From: Flavobacteriales bacterium
GTDB lineage: Bacteria; Bacteroidota; Bacteroidia; Flavobacteriales_F; PHOS-HE28
Assembly (NCBI GenBank): GCA_020635725.1
Contig: JACJZF010000010.1
Coordinates: 74,061 to 138,060, forward strand
Direction: 5' to 3'
DNA: 64,000 nt
Shown here: one piece after another, positions 17,594 through 28,300 of the stretch
How the letters are laid out: each line of letters begins with the position of its first letter
Numbering within the stretch: position 1 is the first letter of the stretch
Program-made: the position numbers and the translations under genes
Notes under the pieces: generated by a model
Told to the model about the DNA's origin: nothing
What the model saw: the letters and a program-made list of their open reading frames with translations, nothing else
The model's database searches: none

Positions 17594-18705
17594 TGCGCTT
17601 CGCAGCCTACGCCGCCCTGTGGGTTGTGGTGAACGCCTCGGTCTGCGTGCCGCGCATTCGAGGCGGTGATCCGCGCCTGCAGGAGATCACCCTGCCACCG
17701 GGTTTCCGGATATCGGTATTCGCAGAGGGTGTCGCCAACGCCCGCGCCATGTGCTGGGGCACGCGGGGCACCCTTTTCGTCGGGAGCCGGAGCGAGGGAG
17801 TTGTGCATGCGTTGCTCGACACCAATGCCGATGGTCAGGCAGATGCGCACCATATCGTTGCCCGCGGCCTGAACATGCCTGCGGGCGTGGCTTTTCGAGA
17901 TGGCGACTTGTACGTGAGCGCGGTGGATCGGATTCTGCGCCTCGATTCAATCGAGTACCGCCTCGAGAACCCGCCGCAACCTGTGGTGGTCTGCGACGAT
18001 TACCCCAAAGACGAGCACCACGGCTGGAAATTCATCGCCTTCGGGCCGGATGGCAGACTGTACGTGCCGGTGGGCGCGCCGTGCAACAATTGCCTGAAGG
18101 AGGACAGCATTTACGCGAGCATCACTTCCCTCGACCCAGATGGGCATGACCGAAGGATCGTGGCCCATGGTGTGCGCAACACGGTCGGGTTCGATTGGCA
18201 TCCGGTAACGGGCGAGCTCTGGTTCACCGACAATGGTCGGGACTGGCTCGGTGATGATTCCCCGGACTGCGAGCTGAATCGCCTCGATCATCCGGGCCAG
18301 CACTTCGGTTATCCGTTCTGCCATGCAGGCACCATCAGCGATCCGGAGTTCGGCCAAGAAAGGCCTTGCACGGATTTCGAGCCGCCGGCTGCCAAGCTTG
18401 GCCCGCACGTGGCACCGCTGGGCATGCGATTCTATTCCGGGGAAATGTTCCCTGTGAAATATCGCCATGCGATATTCATTGCGGAGCATGGAAGCTGGAA
18501 CCGGAGCACACCCATCGGCTATCGCGTCGTGGCTGCGTTCCCGCAGGCCGATGGCACCGCGGCAACGGAAGTCTTCGCAAGCGGATGGCTCTCTGGAACC
18601 CGCGCCAGTGGCCGCCCGGCTGATGTGCTGGTGGCGCCGGATGGAGCACTGCTGATCAGCGATGATGCGTCGGGCCGCATCTACAGAGTGACCTATGGGG
18701 AATAA
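17593..18705 (+). CDS. PQQ-dependent sugar (sorbosone/glucose) dehydrogenase family beta-propeller protein
   Basis: Signal peptide. Motifs GLNMPAGVAFRDGDLYVS, HGWKFIAFGPDGRLYVPVGAPCN, HGVRNTVGFDWHP and LWFTDNGRD. TGATG junction with the upstream usp gene. Confidence 0.85.
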   Translation: MRFAAYAALWVVVNASVCVPRIRGGDPRLQEITLPPGFRISVFAEGVANARAMCWGTRGTLFVGSRSEGVVHALLDTNADGQADAHHIVARGLNMPAGVAFRDGDLYVSAVDRILRLDSIEYRLENPPQPVVVCDDYPKDEHHGWKFIAFGPDGRLYVPVGAPCNNCLKEDSIYASITSLDPDGHDRRIVAHGVRNTVGFDWHPVTGELWFTDNGRDWLGDDSPDCELNRLDHPGQHFGYPFCHAGTISDPEFGQERPCTDFEPPAAKLGPHVAPLGMRFYSGEMFPVKYRHAIFIAEHGSWNRSTPIGYRVVAAFPQADGTAATEVFASGWLSGTRASGRPADVLVAPDGALLISDDASGRIYRVTYGE

Positions 18706-18906
18706 TTTTTTTTCCATCGTGGGTGTGACCGCCGCGTAGGCTGTTCGTCAGAACCCCGACCATCGGCGATCGGAAGGGAGAGTCCATCGTTGTTGGGTCC
18801 GGGGGGCGCGAGAGCGCCCTTCGTCATTTCCTTTAACAACCGTGGTGTGGAAAGGCAACGGCCTGCCTCGGTCAATTGCCCGGGCGCACCGCGCAACCTT
18901 CGCGGC

Positions 18907-19398
18907 ATGAAGAGATTGATCCTTATCGCCGTCCTCCTCATGAGTCTGGCCCGTTCGCAGGCGCAGCAGAGCGGTTTCGGATTGGGAATCATGCTGGGCG
19001 ATCCGACCGGGCTGAGCGGGAAGGCCTGGATCAGCGGCGACCGCGCGATTGATTTCGGGTTGGCTTGGGGCATCTGGGGACGGTACATCCATGTGCATGG
19101 CGACTACCTCCTGCACAAGACGGATGTCATCGACGTGTCCTCCGGCACGTTTGCGCTCTATTACGGTCCGGGCTTGCGCATTCGGTCCTGGAGCGGTGGG
19201 CGTTACTGGCACCGCGGGGAATGGCACGATTACGACGGAACGCGCACGAACCTCGGCGTCCGTTTCCCGGTAGGGCTCGACTACTGGTTCGAGGACCTCC
19301 CCTTGGATGCCTTCATCGAACTGGCTCCGACGCTCGACCTCACGCCCGGCACTTCCTTCGACCTCGACGCCGCCATCGGCGCACGTTACTGGTTCTGA
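18907..19398 (+). CDS. small outer-membrane beta-barrel protein
   Basis: Signal peptide MKRLILIAVLLMSLARSQAQ, alternating amphipathic beta-strand pattern, and a terminal aromatic residue (…GARYWF). Confidence 0.65.
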   Translation: MKRLILIAVLLMSLARSQAQQSGFGLGIMLGDPTGLSGKAWISGDRAIDFGLAWGIWGRYIHVHGDYLLHKTDVIDVSSGTFALYYGPGLRIRSWSGGRYWHRGEWHDYDGTRTNLGVRFPVGLDYWFEDLPLDAFIELAPTLDLTPGTSFDLDAAIGARYWF

Positions 19399-20045
19399 CG
19401 TCGAAACGGAGCCCGGCTCAACCACGCCTTCCGGGAGAATGGGCTGCGGTACAGCCACCACCATACCAGCAGCGCCACGCCAAGGCCCAGCGCGCTGCCC
19501 GCCGCCGCATCGCGCAGGAAGTGCTGCGAGAGGTAGATGCGCGAGAAGGCCAGGAGAGCCGCCAGCAGAGCCAGCGCGAAGGCCCCAGCCTTCCTATTGA
19601 GCAGCACCGCCAGCGCGAAACACATGGCGAAGGCCGCCGTGCTGTGCCCGCTCGGGAAACTGAAATGCCGATGCAATTCCACGCCGCTGACCCAATCCAT
19701 GGCACCGAGTTGCTCCGCGAAGGCCGAGGGGCGATCCTCCGATGCGAACCAGGAATGCTTCAGCCCCTGCACGCACAGAGCGCTCAGCCCGCACCCCAGG
19801 CCCATCAGAAGGAATGCGCGCCAGTCCCGTGAGAGCAGAAGCACGAGCGCCAGGAAGGTGGGCACAAGCCCATCGGCCAGATGCGTGAAGAGCGAGAAGA
19901 AGGAGTCCATAGCTGGGCTGTGGCAGCAGTTCATGCGGGCATGCAGCGCGAGCTTCTCCGTGCTTGTGAGTGCGATCAGCGCGGCCACCTCCAAAGCCAG
20001 CCACACCAGCACGAAGACGCGAACAGCTGATCGTGTATCCTGCAC
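19386..20045 (-). CDS. PAP2 family phosphatase
   Basis: Multi-TM protein with acid-phosphatase motifs SFPSGHSTAAF and SRIYLSQHFLRD. Confidence 0.8.
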   Translation of the reverse strand: MQDTRSAVRVFVLVWLALEVAALIALTSTEKLALHARMNCCHSPAMDSFFSLFTHLADGLVPTFLALVLLLSRDWRAFLLMGLGCGLSALCVQGLKHSWFASEDRPSAFAEQLGAMDWVSGVELHRHFSFPSGHSTAAFAMCFALAVLLNRKAGAFALALLAALLAFSRIYLSQHFLRDAAAGSALGLGVALLVWWWLYRSPFSRKAWLSRAPFRRQNQ

Positions 20046-20093
20046 GCGGCGAATCTAGGCGCGGTTGGGCCCATGCACTAGGTTCGCACTGCG

Positions 20094-21269
20094 ATGACCA
20101 AGACCGTTCTTAGCCGCCGTTTGGCGCTGCTGTCCCTGTGCGCCGCACCCTTTTTCGGGGCTCCCGTGCATGGTCAGGGCTTCTCCATCGAGCATGGAGG
20201 CGCCCTTGCGCAGGATGGCGTAGGCGTGGTACCCGTGGCCGATGGGTTCCTCGTTGGGGTGCGCGACTTCGCCCTGTCTCCCGCCGCGCACGGCATCGTC
20301 ATCTGGAAAGCGGGTTCGGATGGCAGCAATCAATCCACGACCGAGGTCGAAGCGCTGACGGGGCAACTCTTCGTTCAGGGCTTCATCGCTTCCGCGGACG
20401 GCGGGCAGTTCCTCTTCGGCAGCGTCATTCCGGAAGGGGGCCATGAGCACGATGGATTCGTGATCAAGCTGGACGCGGATGGCGATATCATCTGGAGCAT
20501 CGCTTCGGAGCTGCCTTCGGATGATCACTTCCTGGGTGCCGCCGCGCTGGCCGACGGCGGCCTCGCGGTATGCGGCACCACCCGTGCGAGCGGCGATCAC
20601 GATGCGTTGATGGCACGCTTCGCCCCCGACGGCACCTTGCTTTGGTCGGTGAGCGAGGGCTTCGAGTCGGACGAAGAGGCCTATGCCCTGGCGGTGCTAG
20701 GCAACGACCTGATGGTTACGGGCAGACAACTCAACTTCGGCGGCACAGGCGATGCATGGTTCGCGCGGGTAACCACCGATGGCGAAGTGCTGTGGACCAC
20801 ATCCTGGGGCGGCATCGGCGACGACATCGGCCGTGCGATCATCGCCAACGGACCCGGCAGCTTCATCATGGCCGGCACCACAGATTCATATGGGAGCTAT
20901 GATCAGACCGAGCACCGGATCAAGCGCAACACGTATCTCATCGCGATCGACCTCAATGGCGATTCGCTCTGGACCCGGGCCTTGGGCGATACGCTCTTCG
21001 ACCGCCAGGCCTTCAGCCTCGCCGCCGCGCCGAATGGCGATCTGCTCATTGCAGGTGAACGTGCGACGATTGCCGGTGTGAGCGACTCGTATGCTTTGCG
21101 CACCGATGCGAATGGCGGGTTGATCTGGGAACGAGCATGGGACCTGGGCAAGGAGGAGCGCCTGCTCGCCATTGAATCGTTGCCCGACGGTTTCGTGGCC
21201 ACAGGCTGGGCCTTCGGCGACCTTTCCAGGCAGGTGACCTTGGTGCGCCGTGACCCGAATGGGAACTGA
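20094..21269 (+). CDS. secreted repeat protein (beta-propeller-like, unknown function)
   Basis: Signal peptide. At least 6 recurring ~45-aa units of the form DG..L.G......GD.DA...R...DG..LW. Confidence 0.65.
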   Translation: MTKTVLSRRLALLSLCAAPFFGAPVHGQGFSIEHGGALAQDGVGVVPVADGFLVGVRDFALSPAAHGIVIWKAGSDGSNQSTTEVEALTGQLFVQGFIASADGGQFLFGSVIPEGGHEHDGFVIKLDADGDIIWSIASELPSDDHFLGAAALADGGLAVCGTTRASGDHDALMARFAPDGTLLWSVSEGFESDEEAYALAVLGNDLMVTGRQLNFGGTGDAWFARVTTDGEVLWTTSWGGIGDDIGRAIIANGPGSFIMAGTTDSYGSYDQTEHRIKRNTYLIAIDLNGDSLWTRALGDTLFDRQAFSLAAAPNGDLLIAGERATIAGVSDSYALRTDANGGLIWERAWDLGKEERLLAIESLPDGFVATGWAFGDLSRQVTLVRRDPNGN

Positions 21270-21538
21270 TCCTGTGCACAGGAGATCGTTGACATGCCGC
21301 AACACGAATACCGTGATGGCGGTATTGAATGCGCTGGATGCGGCGGGCAGCTTTGATGCACCAACACGAAGCCGCCATGACCACCGGACGCCGTTTCGCG
21401 AAACGCACCAAAGACCACAGCGAGGAGCATGTGCTCGATGCCCGTACGAAAGCCGTGCTGGCCACCATCGCACGTGAACCCCGAGGCCGCGCGCTGGACG
21501 CCTACCTGCTCGCTCGCGAACGCGATAAGCGCTGACCT

Positions 21539-24500
21539 CTACGGCAGCTGTTCCCCACGTGTGTTCGTGGGCACGGAGCCGCCGATGTTGAGCAGGATGG
21601 GATCGCGATCGTTCCCCTCTCCGACATAGCGCACGGTGCCATCGAGGTTCACATCGGTCGGCAGGTATCCGCTGGAGACCCCGGTGGGAACGGTGCCCCC
21701 AACCTGCAGCAGGATGGGATCACGATCATTCGATTCACCGACATACCGGAGCACACCATCGCGGAAGGTGTTCCCGCCCCACAAGCCAAGCCTTCCCCCG
21801 CTTAAGCTGCACCGCGCGTCGATTCCCCATGTCTGGAAAGCGGTCTGCGTGAAGTCCGCACCGATCTCCACGGCCCCCAGGCTCATCGAGCCCTGGCTCA
21901 TGGCGCCCAAGTGGTTCCGGTGCCTGATGGCCACGAAGTAATTGTCCGCAGCCACGTTGAAGAGTAGTCGAGGGTAGCCATCAACGCCCACCACATCGCC
22001 ATCACGCTCGAGCAGAGCGGCTCGCGTGGCCAGGATCTGCGCCGGGTTGTTCTTGTTCCGCAGCTCCACCAGCACCCAATCGACCACGGCGTTCTTGCCC
22101 GTCTGCGCTAACCGATTCGCTGTCGTGGCCTCGCCTCCTCCTCCACCCGCCAGGGTGAAGCCCAGCGCCGAGAACGGCTGGGCGAGAGGAACCAGGCCGG
22201 CCTGGCGCAGGTCATCGCGCATGAGGCCTGCTGCTCCATCCCAAGGCCCTTGCAGGTAAGCGCGTACCCTTACGCTGGGTGGGCAGTTCTGCCAGCGGGC
22301 TAGCGCGCTGCCCGGTATGATCACCCGCGCGCTGTTCGACGGGGTCTGCCAGCGCACCGCGAAATGGTCGCCACCGCTCCCTTCCTTCTGCAACAGTTCA
22401 ACGTAATACTGCCTCCCGGCCACCAAGTTGATGCTGGCGCTCACCTGGGAAGGGTACTTGGTGTACTCACCTTCATTGGTCCAGCCGGGTACGCTGCAGA
22501 TCAGTTGCTTGTGCTGCGGCTCGGCGTTCAGGCTCAGGTAAAGCGCGCTCGCATCGTCGCTCGTCAAGGTGAAGACGTACGGCCCGGTCTCCGGCGCGAT
22601 GATGTAACCCCGTACGCGCGTTCCGTAGTTGTTGGACCAGTTGGTCGGACCTTGGAAGCTGGTGAGGTTGCTCGTACCGGAGGGGTTGTTCGGGTAGTTG
22701 GGGCTATTGATCAGGTCGGTGACGTTGTTGCCCGAGATGTTCAGCCAGTACTCGCGCGTGATGCTGCCGGTTGCGCCGATGCATTGCGCCGGGGCGAAAT
22801 CGATCACGCTGATGACCTTGGTGGCTTGGCCGGTCAGCCCATCGCCATCGGTGACGGTGAGCGTCACGTAATAGTCTCCGGTTTCCGTGAAGACCTTGCT
22901 GGGCGCGCTGCTCGAGCTGCTCGTTCCATCGCCGAAGTCCCAGTGGTACGCCACGATGCCTCCGGGATCGAAGGAGGAGGCGCCGCTCAGGTCAACGGAT
23001 AGCGGACCTGGACCTGCCGATACGTTCGCCTCGATGATCGCTGTGGGCGCGATCGCCTGGCAACGCGGGTCGATCCGCCGTTGCGCGGTGGTGCTTAGGC
23101 CGCCGGCATCGGTGACGGTGAGCGTGATGATGTAGTAGTACACGAGTCCGTCGCACCCCACACCGCTGATCACGGTGCTCGTCATAGGGTTCGGGTCGAT
23201 CGCTTCCGGATGCGTATGCGTGTTATGATGCAAGGTGGTGCGCCAGGCGTAACTGAGTTGAGCAGGGCCGTGCTCCGCATCGGACACGGAAGCGATGAGC
23301 TGATACGTGGTATCCACCCCCACCGGGTAGAAACTTCCGTCGATGATGCTCGTGATATCAACCATCGGCGGGGTGTTGTTCACCGACACGAGCAAGTTCT
23401 GGGACGCTGTCTGCCCGATGTTGTCCGTGACAGTGAGAGTCACGGTGTAGGAGGTGGGCACGCCGGCGGGAGCCGTGAAGACATGCGAGGGGCTGATGGC
23501 ATTGGAGACCGGGCTTCCATCCCCGAAATTCCAGGCATACGTAATGGCGCCGCTCTCCGGGTCGCTGCTGCTGCTGCCGTCGAAATTCACGCTCAACGGA
23601 CCTGGGCCGTATTGCACGCTCTGGGTCGCGCTGGCCACGGGTGGCAGATTCACCGCGAGCGTGTAGCAGATGCGGCGCAGCTCGTTGGTGTTGTACTTGA
23701 TGTACCACACGCAGCCGTCGGATCCGGCACCGATCCAGGTGATGGCGCCGAGGCCGCTCGCGAAATCATGCACGCTCACGGGACGGTCCTGCTCGTCGAA
23801 GCGGAAGCGCCGTATCCATCCGGCCGCATAGTCGCCGTGGAAGCTGCTGTTCTGATAGCCCGCCGGCATGTTCTCACCCGCCATCCACGGACCGGCCAGG
23901 GCTGCGTTGCCCCCGAAGCGGGGCCCAGGCACCGGTGAACCCGCAGCATCCAGGTCGTAGGTCACGGCCGTGTTGCCGCTGAAGCCGGCGCAGCGCGATT
24001 GGTTGCCATGCCGCCAGTCGATGGCAGGTCGCGAGTGATGGAAATGCGGAACGCTGGCGGGCACCTGCTGGTTGGCATCGCACGGGTTGGGATGCCCGTT
24101 GAGGTGAACCGGGCTGTCCTGCTTGAGCAGATCCTGAAAGCGGAAGTAGGGCACCGTGCAGTTCAGCCCGTCGTACAGCGGATTGGGCGCATCGAGATTC
24201 GCCGTCATCGCCGCCTGGTAATTGCTTTGGGCATCCATGCCCTCGAAGAGCGGCCAACCGAAGTTCATCCCGCCCTCGTAGCATACATTCAGGTCCTCCC
24301 AGGTATTCCATTGAACGTCGCCGATGTACACCGTGCCCGGGTCGGCATCGGCCGGATCGGTGCTGCCGCTGCCCGGCTTGATGGTGCTACGGTACGGATT
24401 GCGCAATCCCATGGCCCAGACCCGCGACTTCGGCGCACGCGGTTGGGCGGCATCGTAGAACGGATTGCTCGGTACGCCATCTCCCGTGTTCGGATCCATG

Positions 24501-25246
24501 CGCAGCAGCTTGCCATTGAAGCAATTCACCAGCTGCGAGCGCATCGCCCCCACGTTCTCCGCCGGGCGAATGATGCCATCGGCCAAGGCTTGCGACCAGT
24601 AGGTGTCGCTGCTGCTGCCGGTGTCCACCACGTTGTAGCTGGCACCATCGCCCACGGTGGCGAGCAATGTGCCGTCGGCACCGAACATGAGCGAGCCGGT
24701 GCTGTGCGACTCGTGGAGCAAGGGCACACCGGTCTGCCGGGTCTCGCCCAAGAGCACCTGGCGCGTGCCGTAGTCAACCGCATTGTGGCTAGGCCCAGGC
24801 GCGGTGTAGCGCGTGATCCGCATGATGGTGGCCGCGTAGTACTCGTTGGTGGTCGCGCTGTAGGCACCCGTCCCGAAATTCATCAAGTGGTGGCGGTCCA
24901 CGGCGTACATGAGGTAGATGCGGCCGTTGTTCAGGAAGTCCGGATCCAAGACGAAACCGAGACAGCCGTGATCACGCCAGTTGCCCACTTCCGCGCTGAT
25001 ATCGATCAAGGGGTTCGGCAAGCGCACGCCGTTCTCCACGATCCAAACCATTCCGCGTTTCTCCCATACGTACAACCGACCATTGGCATCCCAGGTGGCT
25101 CCCACGGGTTCAGTCCATCCGCCCAAGACCAAGGCATCGCTGAAATTGGCCGGGAGGCTCTGTGGAAAGAGCGGTGCAGCCATGATGGCCAGCAGCGCGA
25201 ACAGGCACACGCGGCGCCACAGTCCTGATTCGATGGATACCTTCAT
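21539..25246 (-). CDS. large secreted multidomain protein: PQQ-sugar-dehydrogenase-like propeller + PKD/Ig domains + PA14 + dockerin-like Ca-binding repeats
   Basis: 1235 aa with a signal peptide. GSDH-like motifs (NGRLYVWEKRGMVWIVENG, HGCLGFVLDPDF, GLRNPYR, NFGWPLFEG). Two PKD units (…YAWNFGDGSP…TVTLTVTD…, …YHWDFGDGTS…YVTLTVTD). PA14-like NYGTRVRGYIIAPETGPYVFTLTSDDASALYLS. Two C-terminal D.NLDG..RYVGEGNDRDPIL repeats. No T9SS tail. Confidence 0.9.
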   Translation of the reverse strand: MKVSIESGLWRRVCLFALLAIMAAPLFPQSLPANFSDALVLGGWTEPVGATWDANGRLYVWEKRGMVWIVENGVRLPNPLIDISAEVGNWRDHGCLGFVLDPDFLNNGRIYLMYAVDRHHLMNFGTGAYSATTNEYYAATIMRITRYTAPGPSHNAVDYGTRQVLLGETRQTGVPLLHESHSTGSLMFGADGTLLATVGDGASYNVVDTGSSSDTYWSQALADGIIRPAENVGAMRSQLVNCFNGKLLRMDPNTGDGVPSNPFYDAAQPRAPKSRVWAMGLRNPYRSTIKPGSGSTDPADADPGTVYIGDVQWNTWEDLNVCYEGGMNFGWPLFEGMDAQSNYQAAMTANLDAPNPLYDGLNCTVPYFRFQDLLKQDSPVHLNGHPNPCDANQQVPASVPHFHHSRPAIDWRHGNQSRCAGFSGNTAVTYDLDAAGSPVPGPRFGGNAALAGPWMAGENMPAGYQNSSFHGDYAAGWIRRFRFDEQDRPVSVHDFASGLGAITWIGAGSDGCVWYIKYNTNELRRICYTLAVNLPPVASATQSVQYGPGPLSVNFDGSSSSDPESGAITYAWNFGDGSPVSNAISPSHVFTAPAGVPTSYTVTLTVTDNIGQTASQNLLVSVNNTPPMVDITSIIDGSFYPVGVDTTYQLIASVSDAEHGPAQLSYAWRTTLHHNTHTHPEAIDPNPMTSTVISGVGCDGLVYYYIITLTVTDAGGLSTTAQRRIDPRCQAIAPTAIIEANVSAGPGPLSVDLSGASSFDPGGIVAYHWDFGDGTSSSSSAPSKVFTETGDYYVTLTVTDGDGLTGQATKVISVIDFAPAQCIGATGSITREYWLNISGNNVTDLINSPNYPNNPSGTSNLTSFQGPTNWSNNYGTRVRGYIIAPETGPYVFTLTSDDASALYLSLNAEPQHKQLICSVPGWTNEGEYTKYPSQVSASINLVAGRQYYVELLQKEGSGGDHFAVRWQTPSNSARVIIPGSALARWQNCPPSVRVRAYLQGPWDGAAGLMRDDLRQAGLVPLAQPFSALGFTLAGGGGGEATTANRLAQTGKNAVVDWVLVELRNKNNPAQILATRAALLERDGDVVGVDGYPRLLFNVAADNYFVAIRHRNHLGAMSQGSMSLGAVEIGADFTQTAFQTWGIDARCSLSGGRLGLWGGNTFRDGVLRYVGESNDRDPILLQVGGTVPTGVSSGYLPTDVNLDGTVRYVGEGNDRDPILLNIGGSVPTNTRGEQLP

Positions 25247-25342
25247 TTCGAAGACCGGGATTGTGTTCCGGCCGACGAAACTAGAAGACGGATACCCGAC
25301 TTGTCAAGGAAGCAGGCTCGCAGACGCCTGATAATCAGGTAT

Positions 25343-28300
25343 TCACGGTAGCTGCTGCAGCCGCGTGGCGGTAGGTGTGCTCCCCCCTATCCCCAGCAGG
25401 ATCGGATCCCGATCGTTGCCCTGGCCGGTGTACTTCACGGAGCCGCTCAGATCCACATCCTCCTGCCGGTAACCGAAAACGGTATTCGAGGGGGTGGTGC
25501 CGCCTATGGCGACGAGGATGAGGTCGCGATCATTGCCGTTGCCCACGTACTTAAGCTTGCCATCGCGGTTCACATCGCCCCACCAGAGCGCGGTACGCCC
25601 TGAAGCCATTGTGCTTTGCGCCATGGATCCGTAGGTCGGCGTGGAGGCCAGGGTCAGGTCAAGCGAAACCTCGCTCGCATCCAAGCTCAAGGCGCCGGCG
25701 GACATGGCTCCCAAGTGATTGCGGTGCCGCACCGCGATGTAATACAGGTCCGGAGGCACAGAGAAATTCAGGCGCGCCCAGCCATCGGTGCCTACCGCAT
25801 CGCCATCGCGTTCGAGCAGCGCAGCACGAGAGGCCACCACCTGTGACGGGTTGTTCTTATCGCGCAACTCAACCAGCACCCAATCGACCACGGCATTGGC
25901 CCCGGTGATGGCGAGCCGCGCGGGCGAAGTGCTCTCCCCGCCCCCGCCGATGAAGGAATAACCCAGCGCCGAATACGGTTCGGAAAGCGGCAGGAGACCG
26001 GCCGCGCGGAGATCATCGCGCATGAGGTTGCTGCTGGCGTGATACGGTCCTCCCAGGTTCACGCGCAGGCGCAGCCCTGGCGGGCAATCGGCCCATTGCA
26101 CCAAGGCCGAGCCCGGGATCACGGTTCGCACACTGTTACTGGGCGTCTGCCAGCGCAGCGCGAAGTGGTCATTGCCGCTGCCCTCTTTGTGGAGGAGCTC
26201 CACGTAGTAATACGCTCCCGCCACCAGCTCAATGGTCTCGCTCACCTGAGTGGGGTACTTGCCGAACTCGGTCTCCAACGTATTCAGCGGAACGCTGCAG
26301 ATCTGGCGCTTGAAACGCGGCTCCTCGTTGAGGCTCAGGAAAACCGCCGAGGCATCGTCGCTGGTGAGCGTGAAGGTGTAGCCGCCACTCTCAGGGGGAA
26401 CGATGAAGCCGCGCACTCGGTCGCCGAAGTTGGAGCCGGCGTTCGTGGGGCCTTGGAAACTGGTGATCACCCCCGATGTGGTGGGATTGTTCGGGTAATT
26501 CGGCGAATTCGTGAGGTCGGCCACCGTGCTTCCTCCTACGCCATTCCAGACCTGCCGGACCAATCCGCCAGCTGGTCCATGGCATTGCGGTTCGCTTAAG
26601 CTGATGAGACTGATCGTGCGCGAAGCGGTGCCTGTGAGTCCATCGTTGTCGGTGACCATGAGGGTGACCACGTGATCGCCCAGGTCGGTGTAGGTCTTCG
26701 ATGGGCTCGGCTCCAAGCTGGAGGTTCCATCGCCGAAACTCCACTGATAGGAGACGATGCTGCCGGGGTCATACGAAGCGCTGCCATCGAAGAACACCTC
26801 GAAGGGCGCGAAGCCTGCGAGCGCCGATACCTGGATCACGGCCGTGGGCGCGACAGCGTAGCAGCGCGGATAGAGCCAGTTGACGTCGGTGGCGGAGAGC
26901 CCCGCCGCATCGGTCACCGTGAGGCGTACCTCGTAGGCATAATACTGTCCGTCGCATCCCTCCCCTGCCGTGATCGCGGAAGAGCTCACGGCGTTCACGA
27001 CCGCGCCCGGATGCTCGTGCGTGTTGTGGTGCAGGATCACCTGCCAGGCATAGCTGAGCTGCGCGCCGCTGTGCTCGGCATCGCTCACATCGGCCGTCAG
27101 CTGCCAGGTCGTGTCCATCCCGATCGGATAGAAGGCGCCATCGGCGAAACTGTTGATGGACACAACAGGCGGCGTGTTGTTCAACGACACCAGCACGGTG
27201 GTGCTCGTGTGCTGGCCGGCATCGTCGGTGACGGTAAGGGTGACCGTGAACGAGGTGGGCACACCCAACGGAGCCGTGAAGAGATGGGAAGGAGATACGG
27301 CGCTGCTCACGGGGGATCCGTCGCCGAAATCCCAACTGTACACCAGCGAGCCATTCTCCGGGTCGCTGCTCGCGCTGCCATCGAAGGCCACCATCAGCGG
27401 GGAGGTGCCGTACTGCAGGCTTTGGCTCACCATCGCCACCGGCGGCAGGTTCACGGTGGAAAGGTTGCAGATGCGACGCAGCTCCGCACCGTTGTACTTG
27501 ATGTACCACAAACAGCCGTCGGGTCCCGCGCCCAACCAATTGATAGCGCCATTGACCGTGCCGAAATCATGCACGCTCAGCACCTGACCGGCATCGTCGT
27601 ACACGAACCGGCGGATCCATCCGCCGGCGTAGTCGCCATGGAACGCGCTGTTCTGATATTCTGCCGGGAAGCCGCTCCAGCTTCGCCAAGGGCCGCCAAT
27701 GGCCGCGTACCCGCCAAAGCGAGGGCCCGGCACCGGTGAGAGCGGGTCGTCCAAGTCGAAGGTGACGGCCGTGCTGCCATTGAACGCACCGCAGCGGGAG
27801 CGCTCGCCGTGCTGCCAATCGACCGCGGGGCGCACGTGAAAGAACTTGGGTATGCTGTTGGGAATCTGCGTAGCCGCGTTGCACGGATTCGGATGCCCGT
27901 TCACATGGCTCGGGGTGTCCTGCTTCAGCAGATCCTGGAACCGGAAGAAAGGCACGGTGCAATTGGTGCCGTTGAAGAGCGGGTTGGGCTCATCGCGGTT
28001 GTACGTGAGCACGGCCGCATAGCTTGATGCCTCCATGCCCTCATACAAGGGCCAGCCGAAATTCTGCCCAGGCTCGGTGCACACATTGTGCTCCTCCCAG
28101 TTGCTCCAACCCACATCCCCGATGAGCAGGGTGCCCACATCCGCCTGAGACGGGTCAGTGCTCCCCGTGCCCGGCTTCAGCGTAAGCCGGTATGGGTTGC
28201 GCAATCCGAGGGCCCATACCCGTGAGCGCGGCGCACGCGGCGCGGCGGGATCGAAGAAGGGATTGCTCGGCACGCCGTTGCCAGTGGTGGGATCCATGCG

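Noticed and set aside
18804-18819. gggcgc-gaga-gcgccc hairpin after the sorbosone dehydrogenase gene as a terminator
   Set aside because: The stem is only 6 bp, lies ~100 nt from the stop codon, and has a weak T-tract. This is insufficient support.
21377-21535. 52-aa ORF (MTTGRRFAKRTKDH…) between the repeat protein and the giant gene
   Set aside because: It is short, with no motif and no conserved context that I can recognise. It could be real, but this is unsupported from sequence alone.
23999-25228. 409-aa plus-strand ORF, with similar ones at 26672..27739, 22364..23002 and 28388..28999
   Set aside because: They lie entirely inside, and antisense to, the two giant secreted-protein genes, whose multidomain homology is unambiguous.
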